A stretch of 64,000 nt of DNA, taken from NCBI RefSeq assembly GCF_052425735.1, contig NW_027558470.1:1-64000 (forward strand), read 5' to 3'. Made by a program: the position numbers and the translations under genes. Source of the stretch: Oculina patagonica. Taxonomy: Eukaryota. The notes beneath the pieces were generated by a model, which saw only the letters and a list, made by a program, of their open reading frames with translations, searched no databases and was not told where the DNA came from. This document shows positions 12,637 to 26,300 of the stretch, one piece after another (position 1 is the stretch's first letter; each line of letters opens with the position of its first letter).

Positions 12637-13766
12637 CCTCCCACTCATGTAGTCCATGAAGATACAGTAGTCTCACAATAGCAACTATAGCTGCAGTGTC
12701 TTTCTTTTGGTGTCATCATGTCTTTCAATTATGTACATGTTGTATTGTATGCAGAGTGATGCCTTTCCAATTTCTATTAATAAAATGGAATAAAAATAAC
12801 AATTCAGTCACAGTGTCAGATTAGATGTATGTGAGACAATTATTAACATCAACTCTATTGCTATATTATAAGAACTTTCCCCATTCATTTAAGGGACTAG
12901 GGTATGTCATGGGGGTTTTGCAGAATTTTGGTCTAAACTGTTCTGAAATTAGTGGTAGGCAACTTTACCCATGAAAACATTGTCTTTGAACATTTAACGA
13001 AAGATGTAACCTTAATTTGGGGATAGAAATCAAACTTCGGCTATAAATAGTATTTTTTTTTTAAGGCTAACGTTTGCAGTGCCATCAAAATTATGAAAAC
13101 TGTATTGTGAAGCAAAATCTTATTGCACTGCTGTACATACAGTGTATACTGTAAGTTGTATTACTAGAAGTTTGCTTAATTACCTTTAGCAGTTTCACCG
13201 TTATCTGTTTTGTTTAGACACGCTCCACATAAAATATAACACCGAAATTCTTGTAAGGGTGGCTGACAGGGGTCCTTTAAGATTTTAGTGTGTAACAAAA
13301 AGTTTTAATCAGAAACTGGACTTGCATGACACATGTGTAAAGTGTGAAATAAGAAAACGGCAATTTCCATATTGCAAAAACAATGCACTCTGGGAGAGTA
13401 AGAGTCAGAATTGAAGTGAATTTTTTATTATTCACAAATCAGTCAATTTATCACTCTCGATCTCACTGAACTTTTTGATTTTTTACTTAACCTTTTCTTG
13501 TTTCATTACTTAGATCAATCTTTTTTGTGTGGGTACATGTAAATTTGTCTAACCTCAAAAAGGGCAAAAATGTTTCTGATGATTATCAATAGTAACCGAA
13601 ATCAATCAGTGACTCAGGCTTTACAGGGATATAAAGTAATTGTAGCTAAGATTCGATTCACTATTGGTGGGTATTAGCAAAGGAAAGGTCATGGCTTGTT
13701 TTCTGCACAGCCCCAGACATTAATTATACACACAATTTTCTGACTGACTCATTCTTTTCAGGGTAA

Positions 13767-14257
13767 AGGTCTCCACAAGGACAAGATGCAGGGACATGTT
13801 GCAATTACAAGTACATGTACATGTAGCAGTGACAAATTCATGTGTTGTTTACACTGAGGGGACATGTAGTGAGGACATGGAGCAGAAAAAATTAAATCAA
13901 AATGTGTACACACACAAATAACTGTAGTGGGGACATACTCAGGGACATGTGGTAGTGACACATCCCTTTGTGTGTGTGTTGATAATTTTTGGCATGTGCA
14001 ACAGGAATTCCTGCAACAGTTTGTCCCTGCGACATGTTGCACGAAGTTCAATGAGTTGAATTCCGTTCAACATGTCACAGGGACAAAACAGCTTCAAAGA
14101 TCGTGTTGCACAAGCCAAATATGTAATCAGCGATTACATATTTGTTGTTGCTACATGTCCCACTCCACTTCCCCTCAGTGTAAACAACACATGATTTTGT
14201 CGTTTCTACATGTTGCTGCGATGTGTCCCTGCGACATGTCCCCATGTGTGGAAACCT
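13767..14257. mobile_element. PIF/Harbinger-like MITE
   Basis: Imperfect TIR AGGTCTCCACA..GGACA / TGTCCCC..TGTGGAAACCT with TAA-like flank; internal GGGACATGT repeats. Confidence 0.5.
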
Positions 14258-17144
14258 TACAAACAATGTATTCTTATCTACCCAACTCCCAGCTTTAATC
14301 TGTATTCCTTCCTTATTATTTTCTTTTAGCAATCAAAAGCAATTGAAATCACAATAATTTTGTTTCTTTGAACATTGATTTCCATTGATTGTGGTCAACT
14401 ATCTGTTTATCAATTGACTATGCCGGGTGTTTGATGATCAAGCAAGATTTCAAAAGAATTCAGTTTGATTAATGTGTAAATGGGTGAATTACATGTATGA
14501 GTGAATGTTTGCAATAATTTGTTTGTCATACATGTAAACTTCTGGGGATTCGAACATGATAAGTAAAAATTATTGTTCAGCTCTAACGTGTAAAGAAATA
14601 GAAAGAAGACATAAAAAGAGAAGACATAAAAAGAGAATGCCTACTCACCTAAACATACTTTGTTTTGAATTGTTCCTCACTGTTTTTGAGGCGAGCAATT
14701 CTTGTCGACTCGAAGTCATGGAATTACCTGAGGAATAGAACGATCTACGCGTCCACCACACATTCCATCACAACCTTTTTCTTGTCCGAAGGCTTGTATT
14801 GTATGTTAGGACAAGGTTTCGATAAACTAAGCTCAACAACGACAGGAGAGAAGACTTCGCAATGGACGGTTGAATTGTCACTTTCAAAATGGACGCCAAT
14901 TTCAAGCACACACGTAAACCCGCTGACCGTTAATAGCGACGTATAACAGAGCCCAGTCCACCTCTGAGGGACAGACTGAAAATCGCTCGGCGGGCGGCGG
15001 CTCGCAAACCGAGAATGTGTTCGAGCTTCGCGTTAACAATTAGATCGATTTTTGTAATAGTGTCTATAAATTGAACAAAGCATTGTTTTATTTAAAAGAT
15101 AAGATTTGTTTTCACTTGCAAACAAGCGAAAAAATTTAGATTCCGGGAGGTGGATCGGTTTTTAGGATACACCGCGGCCGGAGGCTAGGCCAGTGGAAGA
15201 AACCTTGACAGTCTAATCTTAAAGTTGGAAAAGCTAACTGTGCGTACAGAAAATCGAATAGCCTTAAAGAAATAGTAAGGTTCTTAAAGAAAAAAAAAGG
15301 CGCGTAAAGATTGACTCTGCGTAAAGAAAGTTAAAGGTCCGTAAAGAACGGTGCGCAAAGAAGCGTAAACAGTTTTAACAACGAAACTGATCATAGTAGT
15401 TTTAATTCTACTCTGATCGATGATTTATCACTTCTTTTAGCATTTCTCTTATTAGAAAGTGGTGAATTATATCCAAGGCGCGTAAGAACTGTTTTCAGTG
15501 CGTAAAGAAAGTTAAAGGTCCGTAAAGAACGGTACGTAAAGAATCGTAAAGAATGTTAAAGACGCGTAAAGTCTTAACAGTGAAGCTGATCAAAATAACT
15601 GTAATTCTACTTAAAACGGATGATTTTTCACTTATTTCGGTATTTCTTTTCATAGAAAGTAGTGAATTAGCTTGAATTATAACCATCTAGATCTTCATCC
15701 TTTACGAACATGTAATATCCTTTACGCAGTCTTTACGCGTTCTCTGCCGTTTACGCATCTTTACGGAACGCGAACTTGTCCGTAAAGAAAAGGCCATATA
15801 TTTACGAATATTTACGCAAGCGGTAAAAATACGTAAATTCTTGTTTTCATGCTGTGTTATTGTTACTTATTTTCGCAGAAACTTAATTTCGCGAAAATGG
15901 AACGGGCATATTTCGTAGGACTTAAGTTTCGTGGTTTGGCCAAAAGAAACGCTAAATGGAACTGAAAATTGTCAAAATACGGAAAATTGACAAAATTTCC
16001 ATACAGTGCAATATTCCCAGTGACACTGAACACCATAGAACAAACCGAAAATGAGAAAAAAATGACATGCTCTTTGGTAACAAAGCAGAGTTGTGCAAGA
16101 GTAAATGACACCGTCTATTTGTGCTTACAGCTGATAGGAATCGTTACTTTCTTCAAATGGATAATTCACCCATTACTAATCATGTGGTAAATTGATGTTA
16201 ACGTTGACTAAAGAATTATATAGCACGGTATTTAACTTTGCGTGCTTAATTTTCGTGGCAACTTTCTTCGAGGGTCTTTTTTATAAAAAAAAATCGTGAA
16301 TATTGCAAAAGGTTAGTCCCGCGAAAATAGGTAACAGTTAGGTAGGGTGCTTATGCGATGACGACGGGGAGTTAACAGACACAAAATCTGCAGACGGCTA
16401 CTCCGTCATACAACAAGCGAAGGTCTGCAAACAGCTAATTCGTCATAAAATATACTGGTTTGCTTTGGAAGGAAAAACGAGCCTCATTTAATAAAACTTA
16501 TATGCACCTAACAAGCAGTTAAGGGGTCAATAGCTAATTTTACCTGATAATGACAAACAGGTGGATGATAATTACCTAAATTATTGGGGAGCTTAATCGA
16601 TACAGACGGCGACGGCGAGGACAATGCCTGGTTGAAAACAAGTTTGTACTGTTCTAATGAATGTGGCAATTGTTAAGCTGTATTAAGTGTATCTATCGCT
16701 TCAAGGTGTCTCAACAGAGTATGGCAAAGAAAACTACCAAGATTTTTTATGCATGTGCAGAGCTATTGAACTCGTAACCGTCGCCATCGTGGTTTGCTTA
16801 AGCTTCCTAATGTTGTAACAGCCCCACAATCAGCAGACAGCTACTCCATCATACATTATGTCAAGGCTTGTTGACAAGTTCTAATTTGGTAAATGTTTTC
16901 TTTTCAATAAAGTTTACTTCTTCCAATTATCCGCTGTAAACCACGGAACAAATAACAAGGCACATTTGTCAACTTTTTTGCCAATTGAAATAAAACTTCA
17001 TCAAATTAAGTTTGTACCACCATACAAATTGCAGACAGCTACTCTATCATACAAGATGCGAAGGCTTTTCGTAAATTTGGTAAAGTTTTACAAAGCTTTC
17101 CCTAGCAAAAAGGTCTGTATCTTAAAAGCTGCTGTAGTATCATG

Positions 17145-17371
17145 TTAAGATACATTCATTTGTTTTCTAGACTTCTGAATATTAAAATGTACAAAGTACT
17201 TCACTGCTTTCCAATGTCTGTCCTTTAAAGCCTTTGGATATTTCTTGATCGCTTCCTCGCATTGTTTTTTACCAGGGACTTTTCCTGTTCTGAAACAGTT
17301 TCCAAGCACATCATTAACAGCTGCTCTTTCATCCTTTGTCCAGGTTCTGCGGTTTGTGTAATTTCTTCGTT
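17145..17371 (-). CDS. Terminal exon: Myb/SANT-like helical domain
   Basis: RRTWTKDERAAVNDVLGNCFRTGKVPGKKQCEEAIKKYPKALKDRHWKAVKYFVHFNIQKSRKQMNVS*; acceptor ttgtttcctag; W..E / R.W..VK pattern; absent from the ORF track. Confidence 0.8.
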
Positions 17372-20300
17372 CTAGGAAACAAGTTACAAACTACTCTGAG
17401 TATTGCCTCTTGTAACTCTAAAAAGATTTTAATGATAAGGAACATTTACTTTTCTTTACTTGTAAAAAAGTAATGATTTCTAAAATATAAATTCAAACAT
17501 CTTTATGCGACCACCTCTCGTATGCACCTTGGCTTGTTGACATTAATTAGAAAAAAATCTATCGTCGCTTTTGGAAAATATTCGCCTGTTTTTTCAAAAA
17601 TTAATTCTTCTAATTTTCTTGGAAAGCGCTAATATCTCGTGATCTTTCATTTTGTTCGCCCTAAAGTTTAAAGCTTGAAAAAATTTGCACATTTGTTATT
17701 TCAATTACCAAAAATCAGAAAAATCAGTTTATGTTTCGATTTAGAAAAGATCACCTCCGTTCCCAAAAATAGCTGCAGGCCACCTTACGTAGTTTCCCAT
17801 TTTTTGTTATATTTTGAGCACTACTGTTATGTAAAAATTGATGAAATTTTATCTAACTTTTAACTTAGAACAGTATCCCCAATTGTTTTTATAGCGGCTA
17901 CTGCTCCTCCTCCTCCTCCTCCTCCTCCTCCTCCTCCAAGGTCAGTTTTTACACTTGAGGCCTCTACAATTTAAAAAAAAATGGAACCCATCCACTTACT
18001 TGAAGCTTTACGTCCCGATGTTTTTTGTTTCTTGATTTTCGTACATTCCGGTGACCCTGTAAGAAGAACAGCTGAATTAAATATTCATTCTAAATATGAA
18101 TAACAAATCCAACTGCCGGCTGTTTCAGTGTTAAGTTTTGCAAATCGAACAAGGCACAGGACACATTCTGAACAACAATATCAGTTATTTTTTACAGGAC
18201 TGGCTAAAGTGAAATTTTGATATAAACTTTTCCTGAAACAAATTCCTTCACTTGTCAAGTTGTTGGTCTTGAAGGTGAAGAAATCAGTAAACAGCTCGAA
18301 GGGGTTAAGTTTTTTCCCAGAGAATTCAAATCTGCCGAGCAATAGGCACTTTGCAGCTAGGCCATCACGTGACCTACTTTTCATAAAATTTATCGACTAT
18401 AACTTTAACCCTTTTACCCCCTAAGGTGAAAGGTCTTTTTTGGTAAATTTCAAAATATAAACTGGATATCCATATAAGATACACCATTTCAAAGGTGTTG
18501 ATCAGTTTATTTCAAAAAAAACACTTTAACAAATACATGTAAAACGGAAGCTATGTTTTTGAAAGAAATGGGTTAAAAGGTTAAAAAGAAAAAGATTTTA
18601 AAAATTGTTTTTCTCCGTATAGGTATACCACTAAACTATATCTTATTGTGTAGCTCTCAGTGTAGTAGTTAATTTCAGTTATATTGCATGTCACATATGC
18701 ATCAGCCCAAAAAAATTGAAAAGTTATAGGGGTGGTCAAACATGTCACAAGTAGGGGGGAGGTACAATTATTTTTGTTCAAAATGCACACCTCTAGGAGA
18801 CAAGTTGTGTGCCAAAAATTAAAATTAATTGGTCCAATATTGACCAAGTAATGACATTATCTGCCATATGGCACTCTTAGGTGATTTCTGTAGAATGTGA
18901 AACTACTCAAATGTTTAAAGCTGTAGCTGTACTGTAAATGCTGCAATGTTTTCCTTTGCCATCCATACTGGTTTTGGTGGTAAAAAAACAGCCACAAAAT
19001 CTGCATAAGTCTGATGTGAACGCTTCTCTTCCCTATTTTTTTGACATGAGTGGGGTTTCTTTGGTGTTTTCTGATCCACTTAATAGATGAAAACAGACTT
19101 TCACTTTGAACAGAACACCCATTTCATTTTGCATGCAAGATTGAACCAAGAACTACGAGTGGAAATAATCAATTCTTCTTCCGTAGGATACTTTATCATC
19201 AAGGATGTCAATTTTAAAATAACGATGGAAGCTGTCAAGAGATTTTTGAGAATTCAGCGACATTATTTGGCCGTCTGGTGAAACACATTTGTTGTTTGGA
19301 AACAGTCATTTTCCCTTTTCAATAAATCAAATAGATACAGTAGTTATATGTGTTTCATTTTAGAAATGAGAATACATGTACATACCTTTCAAAAGTGTAC
19401 CCGCTATTCTTTTTCTTTTGGTTGTTCCTTTTTTTCGGCTTACTGAGCCTGGAATAACAATGACAAATTCAAAATAAAAAGATCAAGTAAAATCAGGGTA
19501 GAAAATGTATATTATAAGCTACAACGAGATCTCACCTCGACTTTTCTTTTTATTGCTATCCACTTCTCTATCATCCATGTCAACAACATCATCCTTATCC
19601 ACGCTTGAATCTTCATCATCAACATTGTCGCTGCTGTCGTCACCACCACCACCATCATGTTTGATACCTGACTCTAAAAATCAAAAAATAATAAAATTTT
19701 CTTCTCTTAAATGTCCTGTCCCAGTCAAAATACAGTGTACAATCCCAGAGAATCATCTGTTTCAAACTGGTCTGAAGAAAGCGATTGTGATATTAATGTG
19801 TTACAGTTCAAAACGTGGAAGGCTCACCTGCAGGAATATGAGCTGTTCGTTTCTTTTTGTTCACTTGGAAGCCTGTGTACATGATATATAAAGCCTTAGT
19901 TCAATGAAATACCGAAAATGGACAGCTTTATTACTAAAAAAACTAAATGACAGGTTTTTCCTTGCTGCATAGCTAGCGAGAGAGATTAAGCACTTAATGG
20001 CTGGCCCGAGGGGAACAGTGAGTTTTATTTCCCCGAGCCTCTCAATGGGGAACATCGAGGATCGAGGGGAAACAAAACTCACTGTTTCCCAAGGGGCCAA
20101 TCATTAAGTTTTTTGTTATACCCCCAACTTTAAATAAAGCAAACTGCACCAGTGTAATACGTTGCAGTTTAATGAGGAGCCAAAACAGAGAAAAAAATTC
20201 CTGCAGACAAGTTGGACTTAAAAATTTCCTGCAGAAATAATTATTACCCCCCTTCCTGTAACTTCTTATGGTGGTGGTATGAAGATGGTATGAAGCCAAA

Positions 20301-23300
20301 CATAGGTTAAGTCTGCATACGAGCTTCGTGCCCCTTCAGGCCAGAGCTTATCCCAGTTTCTGTATCATGAAGAAACTAGAAGTATTTCTACACCCCCCCC
20401 CCCCCCTGGATGGGATGCTAGTCTATTACAGGGTTACCCCCAGCAGTAAATACACCGGTACCCATTTATACACCTGGGTGAAGCTAAACATGGCATGGAC
20501 ATATCAATAGTATACAAAGACATAATTGCAAAAATACTCTATTAAATTACAGACAATCAACAAAACGATGTTGTAACAAAAGCACTGTGAACGAGGATAT
20601 CAATACACACAATTCCTCGTTCTAAAAACACCAATTTAAAATTAAAGGAAGTATAAAGCCAAACGTAGCATGGCCATTTCCCATATGTACAATTACATCA
20701 TTACAAAAAAACTCAAGATCGTCAACTGACAAAACGTCGTCAAAACGGCGAGGAATGCCATGTGCACGCAAACGATGACATGAAGTGTATCCCTAGTTCT
20801 ATAAACACCGAAGTAGCTAACACAACTCCACTTGTTGGATCATGAATAAAATTATCGACTTGACAAATCAAACGATTCATACTATCTCTTTTTCGAATGA
20901 AATCTAGTTGACAATATTGGACAACCCTCGATCATCATCATCGATCCTTTTCCTGCTATTGGACGCATAAGGCCTCACAACCCTCGATGGCAATACCATA
21001 TTATATTGAAGGGTAGTGGTGAGAAAATAATTACATTCTGTATTGGGTGGAGTCAGGAATACCGAACACGTAATAACATTTTCAGCTTTGTCGCTAGTTA
21101 CATGAATTTTGACTTTAAGCCGCAGATTTGTTCAAAGAAACTGAAAGAAAATTCATATAGTTTATCTAAGCGAGGTTTTCCAAAGTCCTCAGTAATGACA
21201 AAACAGAAAAGCTCAACCAAAATGAGCTTTATTCAAACTAAAATCGTCCTGAAAACATGCCAAGCACGTGCTGTGAATTGTTAAATGACTGTTTTGAAGT
21301 AATTCCAAACAGTAACCTGCTTTTCTTCATCTTTATTAAGCTCCCTTTTACATTGTACAGTAAAAGATGCTCGAACTGTGGAAACGGCAAGAGATTAAGA
21401 TTACTGCCATTTTTTTTGCAGAAACGTTATTATTTTCGATGCGTATTTGAGCGGACACCAATTCAGTACAACGATGTCAATTTCAATCTTACAACTAATC
21501 TCAAGCCTGAAAAGTGAGACAGAAATACATACACCTTATTCGATGGTTTAATATATAATACGCGCGGATATTTTGCGAGTTGCGTAGTATTTCAATACTT
21601 TCAATAGCATCTCTGCCATGGAAAATAATATGAGCAATGAGCAAAATGTCCGCGCGTATTATATGTTAAACCATCGAATAAGGGATTTATTATTCCACTA
21701 ATTTTTCCACTTTGTTTGGGCCAGTATTCCGCAAGTTTGTTCGCCCGTCTTTTTGCCCTGTTTTACTGTGTAATAACGTGGCATATTTTGCGCGTTCTTT
21801 TGCCCTTATATGGTAAAATGGCACAATAGTGGAATAATAACATGAAATATTGACAGTTCACGCATAAGCAAAACTATAAGAAGATTGTGATGCAAATAAG
21901 AATACACTAAATACCATCAGGAGGTGTCCCTGCTGTCCTTTTCCCTTTCTTTGTTCCTTTTCTTTGGCTCAGTGAGCCTGCAAAATAATGAAGAATTTTG
22001 ACTTTGCACCATTTTTCTTGCCTTGCATAGATCTAGTGTCGATCTTTGTTTTTTGAGTCCATTGTAATAAGCAGCCAGCTTTAGTTAGGAACACTAACTT
22101 TCAATAGCATTTCTGCCATGGAAAATAATATGAGCAATGAGCAAAATATCCGCGCGTATTATATGTTAAACCATCGAATAAGGGATTTATTACTCCACTA
22201 ATTTTTCCACTTTGTTTGGGCCAGTATTCCGCAAGTTTGTCCGCCCGTATTTTTGCCGTTTTACTGTGTAATAACGTGGCATATTTTGCGCGTTCTTATA
22301 AGGCAAAATGGCGCAATAGTGGAATAATAACATGAAATATTGACAGTTCACGCATAAGCAAAACTATAAGAAGATTGTGATGCAAATAAGAATACACTAA
22401 ATACCATCAGGAGGTGTCCCTGCTGTCCTTTTCCCTTTCTTTGTTCCTTTTCTTTGGCTCAGTGAGCCTGCAAAATAATGAAGAATTTTGACTTTGCACC
22501 ATTTTTCTTGCCTTGCATAGTTCTAGTGTTGATCTTTGTTTTTTGAGTCCATTGTAATAAGCAGCCAGCTTTAGTTAGTAACACTAACTTTCAATAGCAT
22601 TTCTGCCATGGAAACAAAGAGTCTGGCTCTTGTAATTGCTTGAATTTCAATGCAATGGGGACTTGCTATTTAATAAACTTCGCAGCCTCCCACAGAGCGT
22701 ATGCTCTTTTATATGTGTCATGGGGGAAGATTTATTATTTCAAACTCGCATTATTGGTCTTAACATAGACATTTTCAGCACAATCAGAGTGCATCAAGGC
22801 ATGCATCAGAGACTATCTGCCTTCAGAATACATTATGCCATAAACGTTTCTTAATTTTTGTGAATGTTATTGATCTGAGAATTAACCAGCAAAGAATTTA
22901 ATACTTACAAGTATCTACATTGCTCTCACTTCCACCATCGTCAATGGCATTGACAGACTCTAAACATAAATAAATATTTCAATTTGCCTCTCTCTCATAA
23001 TGCATACAGTGAACATTTATCATCGTCATTCCATTCTCTCTGAAAGTGCAATAATTCAGTTGCTGTTCAACATGAAAGTGATGCTTTATATGCATGTTAT
23101 TTATTTTTTAGATATTTAGTTTCTACCCCAGCCTGAGAAATGTGGCTGATTTGTCTACTGAAGAAACGCTTTGCACTCTTTTAATTACATGGCCAACAAT
23201 TAGGCAATGGCATATTAAAGTTAGCTTATTCTTAAGATACCAAATCTAAAATGTGTGGTTCCAGAAAATGTCCATAATCCACCCACATAAGGGATGGGAA

Positions 23301-26300
23301 ATTCCTGGGCGTGGGAGGGGTCTCAAAAGGCCAAACATTTTAAGGAAATGTATGAAGCTTAATTGGAATTTCCAGAGGGGGTGAGGGGTCTTAGGAAAAA
23401 TCCCTTCCGTGCGGGAGGTATGGATAATTTATGGAACTACACAATGCCACAAAAATATCATGCTCATAATCTTAAACAGGTAAAATAAGAGAAATAATGT
23501 ACACCTCAATATCAAAATAATAGTTTAGTAATACATATAGTGATTCTTAAAAGTTCCTTTACTTACCAGGGCTGCTGGGGTTCTCTTGTGACATTTCAAG
23601 GTCAATTTCTGTTAGAAAGAAAAAGAAAAATGATCTACAATTGGAGTATTCGGGCCAGTATTCCGCAAGTTTGTTCGCCCGTCTTTTTGCCCTGTTTTAC
23701 TGTGTAATAACGTGGCATATTTTGCGCGTTCTTATAAGGCAAAATGGCGCAATAGTGGAATAATAACATGAAATATTGACAGTTCACGCATAAGCAAAAC
23801 TATAAGAAGATTGTGATGCAAATAAGAATACACTAAATACCATCAGGAGGTGTCCCTGCTGTCCTTTTCCCTTTCTTTGTTCCTTTTCTTTGGCTCAGTG
23901 AGCCTGCAAAATAATGAAGAATTTTGACTTTGCACCATTTTTCTTGCCTTGCATAGTTCTAGTGTTGATCTTTGTTTTTTGAGTCCATTGTAATAAGCAG
24001 CCAGCTTTAGTTAGTAACACTAACTTTCAATAGCATTTCTGCCATGGAAACAAAGAGTCTGGCTCTTGTAATTGCTTGAATTTCAATGCAATGGGGACTT
24101 GCTATTTAATAAACTTCGCAGCCTCCCACAGAGCGTATGCTCTTTTATATGTGTCATGTGGGAAGATTTATTATTTCAAACTCGCATTATTGGTCTTAAC
24201 ATAGACATTTTCAGCACAATCAGAGTGCATCAAAGCATGCATCAGAGACTATCTGTAGTGCATCAATGTTCCTGCAGAACACATTATGCCATAAACGTTT
24301 CTTAATTTTTGTGAATGTTATTGATCTGAGAATTAACCAGCAAAGAATTTAATACTTACAAGTATCTACATTGCTCTCACTTCCACCATCGTCAATGGCA
24401 TTGACAGACTCTAAACATAAATAAATATTTTAATTTGCCTCTCTCTCATAATGCATACAGTGAACATTTATCATCGTCATTCCATTCTCTCTGAAAATGC
24501 AATAATTCAGTTGCTGTTCAACATGAAAGTGATGCCTTATATGCATGTTATTTATTTTTTAGATATTTAGTTTCTACCCCAGCCTGAGAAATGTGGCTGA
24601 TTTGTCTACTGAAGAAACGCTTTGCACTCTTTTAATTACATGGCCAACAATTAGGCAATGGCATATTAAAGTTAGCTTATTCTTAAGATACCAAATCTAA
24701 AATGTGTGGTTCCAGAAAATGTCCATAATCCACCCACATAAGGGATTGGAAATTCCTGGGCGTGGGAGGGGTCTCAAAAGGCCAAACATTTTAAGGAAAT
24801 GTATGAAGCTTAATTGGAATTTCCAGAGGGGGTGAGGGGTCTTAGGAAAAATCCCTTCCATGGGGGAGGTACGGATAATTTATGGAACTACACAATGCCA
24901 CAAAAATATCATGCTCATAATCTTAAACAGGTAAAATAAGAGAAATAATGTACACCTCAATATCAAAATAATAGTTTAGTAATACATATATAGATTTAGT
25001 GATTCTTAAAAGTCCCTTTACTTACCAGGGCTGCTGGGGTTCTCTTGTGTTATTTCAAGGTCAATTTCTGTTAGAAAGAAAAAGAAAAATGATCTACAAT
25101 TGGAGTATTCACTTAATATAAACCTATATAATCCTTGAAATGTTTTAGAGACAACCATAATCATGTTCCTTTAACTTTATTCTAGCACAGGATGTAAAAT
25201 AATTTGTATAAAAGATACTGGATTAAAGGGTCATTTTCTTTACTTATAAATTATTAAGTAAAATTCATTTTACACCATGCACAGAAAATGTGTTTCTTCA
25301 AGTTTCTGGAAACTAGGGTGTAATCTTTAAATATTGAAATAATAACTATTACATTTAAAAAATGCTCAACTGATTATGAATTTTAACCATTTGCATTTAA
25401 AGCTTAATTAGTAGTATTATATTTAGAAAACTTATGTGCAAGGATCTTGCTGTATCTGCTTATAAGATGGTTATTACCATTTAGCTCTATCTCATCCAAC
25501 TTCTTTCCTGCCAACTTTGATGCCTTTCCTTCATCAACAGCTATGAGCAGTTTGCTGACTTTTGCAAGTTCCAAGGTACTCTCTTGCAGGCGGTAGAAGT
25601 CCCTGTGCACACTGATGTCATGCCCCAGATGTTTTGCCAGCCAGTCCAGCTCTGAATTGGTCATGTCAACAATCTGGCACACAGTTGCCACATACTTCCT
25701 TAGTTTTGTACTTGTAATTAACTGTGGGGATTTTACATTGGCACGAATGGCAACAGCTTTAAGACAGTCCCATCCCCTTAAACTTTTGCGGGAATTTCGA
25801 TTGGCTCTGGCAAAAACATAAGGATTGTCAGGATGAACTCCAGCTTCACTTCTGTGATGAATGAGAGCATCGATTGCTTCCTTGACTTCCAGTGTTAGGA
25901 GAATTGGCACTTTCCTACCTCTTTTCCCCTTAATTTCCACCATGTCCAAGCTAAAAATAAAACATGAAGTCCAGTTACTGTATTTACTTGAATAAGCGCC
26001 GCGGCGCTTATTAAATTTTTGGCACCTCAAGTGCGGCACTTATTCAAGGGCCGCGCTTATTTGAGGGCGGCGCTTATTTAAAATTTGGACGCCACAAGGA
26101 ATCTTATATTTTACAGTTATTGAAAAAAGCGTCTTTTGATTGTCAGTGTATGTCTCTTGCTGAGACAGAAGTGGCGCTAGCTGTCCTGGCAAAGTTTGCG
26201 GCCTTCACAACATTTACACAACTATTTATTGTAAGAGTGGTGAATAGAAAAACTAATCAGCGGGCAATAAAACAATCACTCGAAACTGCAAAACATCGCT

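Larger units (their letters stand above)
10870..15856. mobile_element. Non-autonomous CACTA/EnSpm-like element (~5 kb)
   Basis: TIR CACAGCATGAAA / TTTCATGCTGTG; 3-bp TSD TTA on both sides; dense TTTACG/CGTAAA subterminal repeats at 10880-11320 and 15300-15840; no intact transposase. Confidence 0.85.

Noticed and set aside
14645-14900. Coding exon inside the CACTA element
   Set aside because: A donor site is present but the frames examined contain stops and no recognisable domain.
17861-17963. Possible alternative terminal exon containing poly-Gly from the (CCT)n tract
   Set aside because: A phase-compatible acceptor exists, but it would drop the conserved C-terminal domain; a simple microsatellite explains it equally well.
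25951-26039. N-terminus MPHLRCQK of the 211-aa ORF (likewise the first residues of the 447-aa ORF)
   Set aside because: Intron/MITE read-through; the real exons start at acceptors 25950 and 29049.
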